Notes: a model not told the origin generated them from the letters alone. A DNA stretch of 64,000 nucleotides from an uncultured Verrucomicrobiales bacterium (GCA_937944055.1 CALDZJ010000045.1:55659-119658), one strand, 5' to 3'; numbered from the stretch's first letter, positions 10,436 to 18,854 are shown. Translations and numbers: made by a program.

Positions 10436-11644
10436 TCAGCCCCCATCCTTCTGCAAATCCCTCATCGCCCAAAGATCACCAGCCAGTTCACCGAGACTCC
10501 CGCGAGGCTTTCGCGCCCCGTCTTTGCGCTTCTTACCAAAATGACTTCGGTTCAGCTCAAAGGCTTCATTCACAAATTTCCGAGAACCAATCACCACTCC
10601 ATCTCTAAAATAACGCACTCGACACCTCACCACTTTCGCAATCTTCAGCTCACGCAGCTCCTCCCTCTTTAAATCCGCCAGTTCACGCTCCGCTTCAGCT
10701 CGCTTTCTCCCCTTACGTCTCACGATCCGCCTCCCGCTATCAGGTCTTTTGCTCCCCTCCTCAATCCCCTCAAAAACCAAAATCCGGCGATACTCCTTCG
10801 CAACGCCGCCTTGGCCCCAAGCCCTCACAGCTCCGACTCTGCCCTCATGTGCATGCAAAGCCCGCACTAAACCAGACTTCGCCAAACTCGCTCCACGTCC
10901 ACCCCCGATCGCCTCCCCATACGAGCTCCATCGATAATCCTCCGGCAGCTCACAAATCCCCGCTCTCACCGGATTCAGATCAATGTAAGCCGCAATCGTC
11001 CGACAGGCCAATCCCCCCTCCACAATCACCGAATGAAAGCGCTCCTCCCACAAAGTTCCCCGCAAGCCATTCTCCTTGTTAAACCAACGCGTAAAACGCT
11101 GCAACAAGCCCTTCATAAACAAACTCAAATTGTGCATCCGCCTCGTATACCGCTCGAAGATCTCCCGCAACTCCCCCTCCCAAAACCCTCGACTCAACTC
11201 CTGTGCCTCCTTCGACAAATGCTCGAAGCCCTCAAAATCCCCCGCGATCATCTGCCGAGCCTTCGCAATCTCCTCCGCCACCCCATTCACCACTCGGCGC
11301 GAATACAAAGCCCCCAATCTCCGCAAAAGCTCCTCCTCCGAGAGCCGTAAATCCACCCCCGCAAGCACCTCGCCACCACTCCCCGCAGCCGGCAAAGGAG
11401 GAACCTCCAAAAGAAGATGAAAATGATTCGTCATCACACAATACGACAACACCCGGCAGCCTGAAAATCGCTCATACATCCGCAGAAACTTGCGGAATTC
11501 CTCCTTTGCCTCCGGCGTAAACAACAACTGCCGATGCACCACCCGCGAAGTCACATGATAAATCGCCAACTCCGGCACCAACGAAGACAAGCCCCTCTCC
11601 CGAGCCTCCTCAATCGTCGGAATCAAAACACGCGCCCTAGCCAT
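10436..11644 (-). CDS. IS200/IS605-type Y1 (HUH) transposase-like protein, RayT-like, with long C-terminal extension
   Basis: It has the HUH motif in CVMTNHFHLLLEV and a Tyr motif PEDYRWSSYGEA. It is about 400 aa against about 150 aa for IS200 TnpA. The likely start is ATG 11644 (MARARVLIPT), whereas the ORF track starts at 11680. No IS ends or tnpB were seen. Confidence 0.65.
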   Translation of the reverse strand: MARARVLIPTIEEARERGLSSLVPELAIYHVTSRVVHRQLLFTPEAKEEFRKFLRMYERFSGCRVLSYCVMTNHFHLLLEVPPLPAAGSGGEVLAGVDLRLSEEELLRRLGALYSRRVVNGVAEEIAKARQMIAGDFEGFEHLSKEAQELSRGFWEGELREIFERYTRRMHNLSLFMKGLLQRFTRWFNKENGLRGTLWEERFHSVIVEGGLACRTIAAYIDLNPVRAGICELPEDYRWSSYGEAIGGGRGASLAKSGLVRALHAHEGRVGAVRAWGQGGVAKEYRRILVFEGIEEGSKRPDSGRRIVRRKGRKRAEAERELADLKREELRELKIAKVVRCRVRYFRDGVVIGSRKFVNEAFELNRSHFGKKRKDGARKPRGSLGELAGDLWAMRDLQKDGG

Positions 11645-11683
11645 AAATAACACCCTAACCAACAAACAATCACCCCACAAGCA

Positions 11684-11877
11684 GCATTTCCCGTTATTTG
11701 TCTGTCTAATAAAAAGAAAGCTGACTTAGATGAGCTGTGAGCATTTCCCGTTATTTGTCTGTCTAATAAAAAGAAAGCTCCTATGAACACTTTTAGCGTG
11801 GAACTTTGGATGCCGATGTGTCTAACCGTTATTTGTCTGTCTAATAAAAAGAAAGCTGACTTAGATGAGCTGTGAGC
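11684..11877. repeat. tandem/interspersed direct repeat, three copies of a 32-59 bp unit
   Basis: The unit gcatttcccgttatttgtctgtctaataaaaagaaagctgacttagatgagctgtgagc lies at 11684-11742. It restarts at 11741 and stays identical to 11779. After a 46-bp unique insert it recurs at 11826-11877. Confidence 0.9.
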
Positions 11878-11949
11878 GGATCCTAAGCTGGCTCAATGTG
11901 AAATCGAGAATCGAGTGTCTAGACGATGGGCTCGTTTAGCTTTGCTCGT

Positions 11950-13110
11950 TTAGTTGCCAATTTTAATGAGTTCGACGTCGAACACGAGGGTTCCTACGGG
12001 GGCTCCCGGGCGGCTGGGAGTATCGCCGTAGGCTAGTTTTCCTGGGATCCAGAAGCGGCGTTTTTCTCCCTCAACCATGAGCTGCACTCCCTCAGTCCAA
12101 CCTGCGATGACACCGTTGAGGGGGAAGGAAATGGGCTCACCACGCGCTACGGAGCTATCAAACATCTTACCATCGGTGGTCCACCCAGTGTAGTGGACGA
12201 GAACTTCGTCAGTTTCAGCAGGGTGCTTACTCCCGCTTCCGGGGGTGAGAAGCTTCGAGGAGAGGCCAGATTTGCTTGTTTCTGAATCACTCGGAGCAGA
12301 GGCGACATCGTCCGGCGCCGGGATGGGCTCGGCCGCTTTAGGAGCGGCTTGAAATTCGAGTAATTCAAAATCGAAGATGAGATTCCCAGTCGGAGCTCCG
12401 GGAGGTGGGTTTTCACCGAAGCCGAGGGCGGCAGGAATCCAGAAGCGGCGTTTTTCTCCCTTTGTCATAAGCTGCAGTCCCTCGACCCAGCCTTTGATAC
12501 TGACTTGATTTAGTTTAAATTGGGCAGGCTTGCCATTCATAACGGTGCTTTCGAGCAAGGTGCCGTCTTCCAGCCAACCGGTGAAATGAGCGGTGATGAT
12601 ATCGGCCGGGCCAGGTTTTTCACCGCCGCCTCCTTTTTGAAGGATCTGGGTCGCTAGACCACTCTCGGAGCGCTCGGCGGAGTCTGGCGCCGTGAGTTCC
12701 TCTGGCAAAGCGGGCGCCTCGGGCGCTGCCTCGATGCTGAAGAGCTCGACGTCGAAAGTCAAATTCCCGGAGGGCGCGCCGGGCCGGGATGGGGTCTCAC
12801 CATAGGCAAGTTCAGCAGGAATCCAGAAGCGGCGCTTTTCTCCGACCACCATGTGCTGAAGGCCCTCTGTCCAGCCCGGAATCACACCGTTGAGCGGGAA
12901 GGAGATTTTTTCACCACGTGCTTCTGAGCTATCGAACATTTTCCCATCGCTAGTCCAACCGCTGTAATGCACCTCGACACTATCGCGGGGACCAGGCTTT
13001 ACGGTGCCACTTCCGGCTTGGAGGACTTTTGAGGCGAGTCCAGAGTCTGTGATTTCAGCGTCTGCGGGCGCGGCAGCGACATCTTGCGGTGTTTTTGGAG
13101 TTTTGCTCAC
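11950..13110 (-). CDS. FKBP-type peptidyl-prolyl cis-trans isomerase with three tandem FKBP domains
   Basis: 386 aa. Three repeats each run SGL(A/S)..L..G.G ... Y.GW...G..FDSS ... FPLNGVI.GW.EG.Q.M..GEKRRFWIP..LAYG ... L.FDVEL. No signal peptide. Confidence 0.85.
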   Translation of the reverse strand: MSKTPKTPQDVAAAPADAEITDSGLASKVLQAGSGTVKPGPRDSVEVHYSGWTSDGKMFDSSEARGEKISFPLNGVIPGWTEGLQHMVVGEKRRFWIPAELAYGETPSRPGAPSGNLTFDVELFSIEAAPEAPALPEELTAPDSAERSESGLATQILQKGGGGEKPGPADIITAHFTGWLEDGTLLESTVMNGKPAQFKLNQVSIKGWVEGLQLMTKGEKRRFWIPAALGFGENPPPGAPTGNLIFDFELLEFQAAPKAAEPIPAPDDVASAPSDSETSKSGLSSKLLTPGSGSKHPAETDEVLVHYTGWTTDGKMFDSSVARGEPISFPLNGVIAGWTEGVQLMVEGEKRRFWIPGKLAYGDTPSRPGAPVGTLVFDVELIKIGN

Positions 13111-13211
13111 GCCGAGGGGCTTAGCCGAGAGAGCAAGAAGAGGCTAGCCATTTGAGTGACAAGGAACTACCGGGATATTGATTGGGAATTTTTATAAGAA
13201 ACAAGCTTTTT

Positions 13212-13240
13212 TTGACCAATAGCGGGAGAAGTTTTAAAAA
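13212..13240 (+). promoter_or_regulatory. candidate sigma70-type promoter of the toxin-antitoxin pair
   Basis: TTGACC (13212-13217), a 17-nt spacer and TAAAAA (13235-13240) lie 9 nt upstream of the antitoxin ATG in an AT-rich intergenic region. Confidence 0.35.
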
Positions 13241-13248
13241 ACTCTTCA

Positions 13249-13500
13249 ATGATTCACTCAACGATTCGTCACGAGGGAGAGACCACCCTCCCAGAGGAGG
13301 TGCAAGATGCCTTAGAGCTCCGAGCCGGGCAGAAACTGGTTTATCGAATTCAAGGCAAGGAAGTCGTGGTGTCTCGGCATCCTGGGGTGATGGCCTCCTG
13401 TGGCAGCTTAAATGTCAAGTCAGAGCCATGGAACATCATTCGTAAGCTCACTCGCAAGGACTGGGCTGATCATGCCTCAAAAGAAGGGAGCAAGCGATGA
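13249..13500 (+). CDS. AbrB/SpoVT/MazE-fold type II antitoxin
   Basis: 83 aa. The N-terminal swapped-hairpin pattern is IRHEGETTLPEEVQDALELRAGQKLVYRIQGKEVVV. The stop overlaps the downstream PIN gene start (ATGA). Confidence 0.7.
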   Translation: MIHSTIRHEGETTLPEEVQDALELRAGQKLVYRIQGKEVVVSRHPGVMASCGSLNVKSEPWNIIRKLTRKDWADHASKEGSKR

Positions 13501-13934
13501 GACCTCACCTTCTTGATACAAACGTCATTCTTTGCTTTCTGACTCAGGAGCCGAAGCATCAGGCGCAACAGGCCACACAATTTTTCGAACAATGTGAACG
13601 GGGCGGAATCCCGCTCAAGGTTTCTCCGATGGTGATCGCGGAGCTGGTCTTCGTCTTAACGGGTGAGGCTTATCAACTACCTCGGAAGGTGGTTGCGGAA
13701 CAGCTTGAGATATTTTTAGAGAGCCCCTCTTTCCAAGTCGAGGAGCTCGAAACGATCTTACTAGCGCTTAAAGTTTTCAGCCAAGGCAAGATCGATTTTG
13801 TAGATGCTTATTTAAAGGCGATGGCGGAGCTGATGGATTATTCTTTGACGAGTTTCGATCAGGGACTGGGGCGATCACGCGACCTTACCTTTAGCAAGTT
13901 CTCAAAAATCCGTGCGATGAAGGATAATTCGTAA
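13497..13934 (+). CDS. PIN-domain toxin (VapC-like)
   Basis: 145 aa. The conserved acidic positions are LLDTNV (D7), VIAELVF (E), IDFVDAYL (D) and LTSFDQGL (D). It has a 4-nt overlap with the antitoxin. Confidence 0.75.
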   Translation: MRPHLLDTNVILCFLTQEPKHQAQQATQFFEQCERGGIPLKVSPMVIAELVFVLTGEAYQLPRKVVAEQLEIFLESPSFQVEELETILLALKVFSQGKIDFVDAYLKAMAELMDYSLTSFDQGLGRSRDLTFSKFSKIRAMKDNS

Positions 13935-13979
13935 CACACACGACTAGACAAATCCGCGATCTTGACAAAGCTTCCTCCC

Positions 13980-14714
13980 ATGAAGATTTCCGTCACAGGC
14001 CGCTCGGGCCGAATGGGGCAGTCGGTCGTCACGGCGATTGAAGCTGAGTCTGCGGCAACACTCCACGCTACGCACGATTCTGGTGAAGACCTAGCCGCTG
14101 CGCTTGCAGAGGCGGAGGCGGTGATTGACTTCACCCTCCCGGTTTTAACCGATGAGCTCTTAAAGACCGCCTTGGAAAAAAAGGTTCCTTTAGTGATTGG
14201 CACGACGGGGCACTCTGAAGAGCAAAAAGAGGCGATTGCTCAGGCAGCCCAGAGCATCCCAATCGTCCACGCTTCTAACTTCTCCACAGGGGTGAACCTT
14301 CTCTTTCATCTGACGAGAAAAGCCGCTGCGATTTTAGGAAATGAGACTTACGACATTGAAGTGACTGAGATGCATCATCGCCATAAAGTCGATGCTCCTT
14401 CAGGCACCGCTCGCACGCTCCTGGATCTTCTGAATGAGGAAACCCAGACCTCGTATGAGGAGGATGTGGCCCATGGGCGCGAGGGTAATATCGGGGCACG
14501 TCCGGCGCGCGAGATTGGGATGCACACCTTGCGGGGCGGCGATGTGGTCGGCGATCACACCGTGATGTTTGCGGCAGATGGTGAGCGCTTTGAGCTGACA
14601 CATAAGGCATCTTCTCGTATGACTTTCGCTTCCGGGGCAGTGCGGGCCGCGCTCTGGCTAAAGGGCCGGGACGCTGGCCTTTATGACATGCAAGACGTTC
14701 TCGGCCTTAAATAA
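13980..14714 (+). CDS. dapB: 4-hydroxy-tetrahydrodipicolinate reductase
   Basis: It has the MKISVTGRSGRMG NAD(P)-binding N-terminus and the signature EMHHRHKVDAPSGTA. The ORF-track TTG at 13962 is probably too far upstream. Confidence 0.9.
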   Translation: MKISVTGRSGRMGQSVVTAIEAESAATLHATHDSGEDLAAALAEAEAVIDFTLPVLTDELLKTALEKKVPLVIGTTGHSEEQKEAIAQAAQSIPIVHASNFSTGVNLLFHLTRKAAAILGNETYDIEVTEMHHRHKVDAPSGTARTLLDLLNEETQTSYEEDVAHGREGNIGARPAREIGMHTLRGGDVVGDHTVMFAADGERFELTHKASSRMTFASGAVRAALWLKGRDAGLYDMQDVLGLK

Positions 14715-14726
14715 GAACAGAGCTCT

Positions 14727-15236
14727 ATGGCCTCTCGAACCGGCATCGCCCTAGGGACGAACATTGGCAATCGCCTTGCCAATCTGCGTGAAGCTCGCGA
14801 TCTCCTCGTGAACTTAATGCCCCCCGGCACCACTTATCACCAATCCAGCATTTACCAATCTGAACCGCTGAATTGCCCGCCGGATTCGCCGGACTTCTAT
14901 AATGCGGTCATTGAAATTGACTACGTGGGGAAGCCTCACGATCTTTTAAAAGCGACTCAGGGGATCGAGTGGAAACTGGGGCGTAACACCTCAGCAGTGC
15001 GTAATGCTCCACGCCCGATCGATCTTGATATCCTCTATTTTGACAACGTGGAGATGGATCAAGACATCCTCACCCTTCCGCACCCGCGCCTGACGGATCG
15101 GCGCTTTGTGCTGCGCCCGCTTGCCGATATTCACCCACACCTTGTTTTGCCCGGTGACGAGACGACGGTCGGCGAGCACCTAAGAAAGCTCGACTCTGAT
15201 GAATCCGAGCCCATTCTCATTCAAGCCGTTTGGTAA
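14727..15236 (+). CDS. folK: 2-amino-4-hydroxy-6-hydroxymethyldihydropteridine diphosphokinase
   Basis: 169 aa. IALGTNIGNRLANL, RPIDLDIL and LPHPRLTDRRFVLRPL are typical HPPK motifs. Confidence 0.85.
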   Translation: MASRTGIALGTNIGNRLANLREARDLLVNLMPPGTTYHQSSIYQSEPLNCPPDSPDFYNAVIEIDYVGKPHDLLKATQGIEWKLGRNTSAVRNAPRPIDLDILYFDNVEMDQDILTLPHPRLTDRRFVLRPLADIHPHLVLPGDETTVGEHLRKLDSDESEPILIQAVW

Positions 15237-15260
15237 CCTTCAGCCACCCCGCCCCGCTCC

Positions 15261-16022
15261 ATGAATCTCAGCGAGAAAGCAGCCCTCCTCCGCGCTAAAA
15301 AAGGCCAAGCTCCCGTCTCAGCCCTTACCGCGTATGATTATGCTACGGCGCGGCTTCTGGACGAAGCTGGGGTAGATCTCCTCCTCGTGGGTGACTCGCT
15401 TGGGATGGTCGTCCTTGGTTTTCCAGATACCACTCACGTCACCATGGATCACATGATCCACCACACTGCGGCAGTCGCTCGTGGTTCTCAAAATGCCCTC
15501 ATCTTGGGGGATCTGCCCATTCATAGCTATGCCGATCCTGAAATGGCGCTCACCAATGCCCGTCGCCTCATCGCAGCGGGAGCGCAAGCGGTGAAACTGG
15601 AAGGAGGAGTGGGACAAGCTGACAAAGTCCGCGCAATCGTCGCTGACGGGATCCCAGTGGTCGGCCACCTCGGAATGCTCCCGCAGCGAGTGAAGGAAGA
15701 AGGCGGCTATAAAAAAAAGGGGAAAACAGATGATGAGACGCAGGCCATCCTCGCTGGGGCCCTCGCCTTGCAAGAGGCCGGGGTCTTTGCAATCGTCTTA
15801 GAAAGCGTGCTCCCAAAAGCCTCTCGCCTGCTCAGTGAGCGCTTAGATGTTCCGACCATCGGCATCGGCTGCGGTGAGGGTAATTGCGATGGTGAAATCG
15901 CCGTCATCACTGATGTCATCGGCTCCTATCCTTGGTTCGTGCCGCCCTTCGCCACCCCTCGCGCTAAGGTCGCTGAAGAAATCACCCAAGCTGTGAAAGG
16001 CTATCTTGATGCTCTCAAGTGA
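15261..16022 (+). CDS. panB: 3-methyl-2-oxobutanoate hydroxymethyltransferase
   Basis: 253 aa. It carries LTAYDY, LLVGDSLGMVVLG and VKLEGG motifs. Confidence 0.9.
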   Translation: MNLSEKAALLRAKKGQAPVSALTAYDYATARLLDEAGVDLLLVGDSLGMVVLGFPDTTHVTMDHMIHHTAAVARGSQNALILGDLPIHSYADPEMALTNARRLIAAGAQAVKLEGGVGQADKVRAIVADGIPVVGHLGMLPQRVKEEGGYKKKGKTDDETQAILAGALALQEAGVFAIVLESVLPKASRLLSERLDVPTIGIGCGEGNCDGEIAVITDVIGSYPWFVPPFATPRAKVAEEITQAVKGYLDALK

Positions 16023-16413
16023 AAAAAGGGAAGCTCTTGAGCGCCGGATGGCCGCCCTTGGAATCTACGAAGATGAACTCGTCGAGAAATTCATTCGTGG
16101 GACTGGCAGTGGCGGCCAAAAAGTGAATAAAACCTCCTCCTGCGTCTTCCTGCAATACCCTCCCGCAAAGCTTGAAGTTAAAGTGCAGCGTGAGCGCTCG
16201 CGGGAAATGAACCGCTTCCTCGCTCGGGAAGAACTCTGCGAGCGGCTCGAAGAAAAAGCAGCTCAAAAGAAGACCGCAGCCAAACAAGCTCGCGAGAAAA
16301 CCCGCCGCCAGAAACGCAAGCAAGGATACTTCGCTCGGAAACGAAACGTCGAAAAAAAGCGCCAACATGGGCAAAAAAAGCAAAACCGTAAGCGCCCGAG
16401 CGCCAATGATTAA
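16006..16413 (+). CDS. stand-alone GGQ-domain protein (class-I release-factor domain 3 / ArfB-like) with basic tail
   Basis: 135 aa. It has FIRGTGSGGQKVNKTSSCVFLQYPP...VQRERSREMNR followed by a Lys/Arg-rich C-terminus. It overlaps the panB 3' end by 17 nt. Confidence 0.7.
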   Translation: MMLSSEKREALERRMAALGIYEDELVEKFIRGTGSGGQKVNKTSSCVFLQYPPAKLEVKVQRERSREMNRFLAREELCERLEEKAAQKKTAAKQAREKTRRQKRKQGYFARKRNVEKKRQHGQKKQNRKRPSAND

Positions 16414-16442
16414 GCGGGACCACTCCCCTTTCACCTCCTCTT

Positions 16443-16470
16443 CCTCTTGCCTCTTGCCTCTTGCCTCTCT
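16443..16470. repeat. heptanucleotide microsatellite (cctcttg)x3 plus degenerate flanks
   Basis: cctcttg lies at 16443, 16450 and 16457, then cctctct. The repeat is in the 3' intergenic region after the GGQ-domain gene. Confidence 0.8.
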
Positions 16471-16618
16471 TAAAGAATCGGGGGCTGCTAACACGACCAC
16501 CGAAAGCTTACACAGCCACCGAAAGCGCCCAGCATGGAACATCCATCCATATAAAAAGCGGCCCTCATACGAGAACCGCTTTTCTTTGAAAACGAAAATT
16601 TGAGAAACTGAAGGGATC

Positions 16619-16783
16619 TTAGTTGACGCCCTTTTTAGACATCTTAGTTCCCTTCGTGGATCCCTGACGGGCTTTGAAGCGAGGATTTGTCTTATTGATG
16701 ACGTAGAGAGTGCCCTTGCGCTTGACGACTTGGCAGTCAGCGTGGCGGCGTTTAGCAGAAGCGAGTGAAGAAAGAACTTTCAT
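16619..16783 (-). CDS. rpmJ: 50S ribosomal protein L36, type B (YkgO-like, zinc-independent)
   Basis: [41 protein letters not shown] matches the YkgO-type L36 with a single Cys and no Zn-ribbon. The ORF track extends to 16879, but the L36 family starts at the internal Met (16783). Confidence 0.85.
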   Translation of the reverse strand: MKVLSSLASAKRRHADCQVVKRKGTLYVINKTNPRFKARQGSTKGTKMSKKGVN

Positions 16784-16905
16784 AAGACCAACGGTGGATG
16801 AGGGCGGGAGACTAGCCGCCAGATTTAGGGTGTAAAGCCCATTCCTCACAAAATTTCGTGTGCAAATGAACCCTGCCATGCTTCACTTTCCCCAGCCTAA
16901 AACCT

Positions 16906-17925
16906 ATGTCGGAGTCCTACTTTCAAGAAGCAGCCAACGCCCCCGAGACTCCTGAAGACGTCACTCTCCGTCCGCCGGGTTTTGAGGACTTCCATGGGCA
17001 GGAGAAAGTGACAGAACGCCTCATGCTCATGGTGGCAGCGGCGAAGGGCCGAGATGATGTCTTAGAGCATGTCTTGCTTTCCGGCCCGCCGGGGCTGGGT
17101 AAAACAACTCTCGCGAACATCGTCGCCAGCGCCGTAGGAACCACCTTGCACACCACCTCTGGCCCACAGATTGAGAAAGCGGGAGATCTGGCGGGGATTC
17201 TCACGAATCTGCAGCGCGGTGACATTCTCTTTATTGATGAAATTCACCGCCTCCACCCCGCGATCGAGGAATACCTCTACCCAGCGATGGAGGACTTTCG
17301 CCTGGACATCATCATCGACTCCGGCCCCTCCGCCCGCTCCATCCAGCTCCAGCTCCCTAAGTTCACCCTCCTGGGCGCGACCACCCGCTCCGGCATGCTC
17401 ACCTCTCCTCTGCGTTCCCGCTTTGGCCTCATTAACCGGCTCGACTATTATACGAAGGAGCAGCTCGCCGTCATCATCCTCCGCTCAGCAGAAATCTTAA
17501 AGCTCCAGATCGAGGAGGCTGGGGCTCTGGTGATCGCCTCTCGTTCACGGGGCACTCCGCGCATCGCGAATAATCTCCTCCGCTGGGTGCGCGACTACGC
17601 TCAGGTTAAGGCGGATGGGCACATCACCCCCGCCGTGGCTCAAGGGGCGCTCGAAATGATCGAGATCGATGACGATGGGCTAGACGAAATGGATAAGCGC
17701 ATCTTGGAGGCCATGATTTACAAATTCACGGGAGGCCCGGTAGGGCTCTCCTCCCTTGCCGTTGCGATCGGTGAAGATGCCTCTACCTTAGAGGAGGTCC
17801 ATGAGCCCTTTCTCATCATGCAGGGCTTTGTCAAACGCACCCCACGTGGCCGAGTCGCGATGCCTGCCGCCTACCACAAAATTGGCGCACCACTCCCCCC
17901 CACCCCGTCTTCAGACCTACTCTAA
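16906..17925 (+). CDS. ruvB: Holliday junction branch-migration helicase RuvB
   Basis: 339 aa with Walker [12 protein letters not shown], Walker [11 protein letters not shown] and sensor [15 protein letters not shown]. Confidence 0.95.
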   Translation: MSESYFQEAANAPETPEDVTLRPPGFEDFHGQEKVTERLMLMVAAAKGRDDVLEHVLLSGPPGLGKTTLANIVASAVGTTLHTTSGPQIEKAGDLAGILTNLQRGDILFIDEIHRLHPAIEEYLYPAMEDFRLDIIIDSGPSARSIQLQLPKFTLLGATTRSGMLTSPLRSRFGLINRLDYYTKEQLAVIILRSAEILKLQIEEAGALVIASRSRGTPRIANNLLRWVRDYAQVKADGHITPAVAQGALEMIEIDDDGLDEMDKRILEAMIYKFTGGPVGLSSLAVAIGEDASTLEEVHEPFLIMQGFVKRTPRGRVAMPAAYHKIGAPLPPTPSSDLL

Positions 17926-17957
17926 GCGCCACTCACACCACCACCCTTTGCTCCTCC

Positions 17958-18404
17958 ATGTCACTCCAAGATGAACTCTTAGAAAAAGCCCGCAGCTCCG
18001 GCTTACGTCGAACCAAGGCGCTCGAGGCCATACTTACCTGCCTCGCAGGACATAATCGGCCAATGACCCTCGCCGAGCTCAGCTCCTGCGGCCACCTCTC
18101 TGAGCAGTGTGATAAAGCGACCGTCTTCCGCCTTCTCCAGCGTCTCAGTGACAAGGGAATGGTCCGCCGGCTTGGCCTGCACGAACGAGCCGCCTACTTC
18201 ACCCTCTTGATCCCGGGCCAACATCGGGACTACCTCATCTGCACCGACTGCGGGAGCATCGAGCCCATCGATGCCCCCTGCCCCGTCCACCAACTCGAGG
18301 ACGAGATTCGCAAGGAGACCGGCTTCACCGAACTCTACCATGAGCTCGAATTCTTCGGACGTTGTCCAGCCTGCTCCCAATCCACTAGCTCAGCTAAAAA
18401 CTAA
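17958..18404 (+). CDS. Fur-family metalloregulator (Fur/Zur/PerR; subtype not assignable)
   Basis: 148 aa. It has a winged-helix N-terminus (RRTKALEAILTCL...ATVFRLLQRL), HRDYLICTDCG and a C-terminal CPAC forming a CxxC...CxxC structural Zn site. Confidence 0.8.
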   Translation: MSLQDELLEKARSSGLRRTKALEAILTCLAGHNRPMTLAELSSCGHLSEQCDKATVFRLLQRLSDKGMVRRLGLHERAAYFTLLIPGQHRDYLICTDCGSIEPIDAPCPVHQLEDEIRKETGFTELYHELEFFGRCPACSQSTSSAKN

Positions 18405-18455
18405 GAGCGAGTTTCGCTTGGCAAAGGTCCATTTCTCATTCTATCCCTTTGCGTA

Positions 18456-18854
18456 ATGCTCGCAGCGGAAAACATCGAATGGCCAGACGAGATTGAAGCT
18501 CTCATTGATCGACTTGAAGGAGAATCAGCGGAACGCGATCTTACTCGAGAAGAACGGGCGCTCTTGGACATCTATGAGACCGTTCCGATCCTCGAAAGTG
18601 AAGACTGCCTTCATGAATTTTGGCAAAGCGGGATCGATCAACAACGCATCATCAGCTCCTTCGACCTCATAGGGGCCACGGCCATCGTGGCCCCTCTCAA
18701 TGCGAGCCGTTGGTGTGAAACCCGTGCAGAGGACCGTGGCGATTACAGCGAGACGGAAGCGGACCACCTCGCCACCATCGAGGAGGAACTCAGCGAAGGG
18801 CTCGGCGAGCTCATTGACCTCATCCTAGACTTCATCGAGGAAGAACTAGGCTAG
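18456..18854 (+). CDS. hypothetical highly acidic protein
   Basis: 132 aa, Glu/Asp-rich, with no signal peptide. No confident family assignment. Confidence 0.45.
   Translation: MLAAENIEWPDEIEALIDRLEGESAERDLTREERALLDIYETVPILESEDCLHEFWQSGIDQQRIISSFDLIGATAIVAPLNASRWCETRAEDRGDYSETEADHLATIEEELSEGLGELIDLILDFIEEELG

Noticed and set aside
11684-11877. Possible mini-CRISPR array (three copies of a 32-bp core).
   Set aside because: The 'spacers' are 25 and 46 bp. The sequence following copy 1 and copy 3 is identical, so this is a segmental duplication and not repeat-spacer architecture. The repeat is AT-rich with no palindromic stem, and there are no cas genes in the window.
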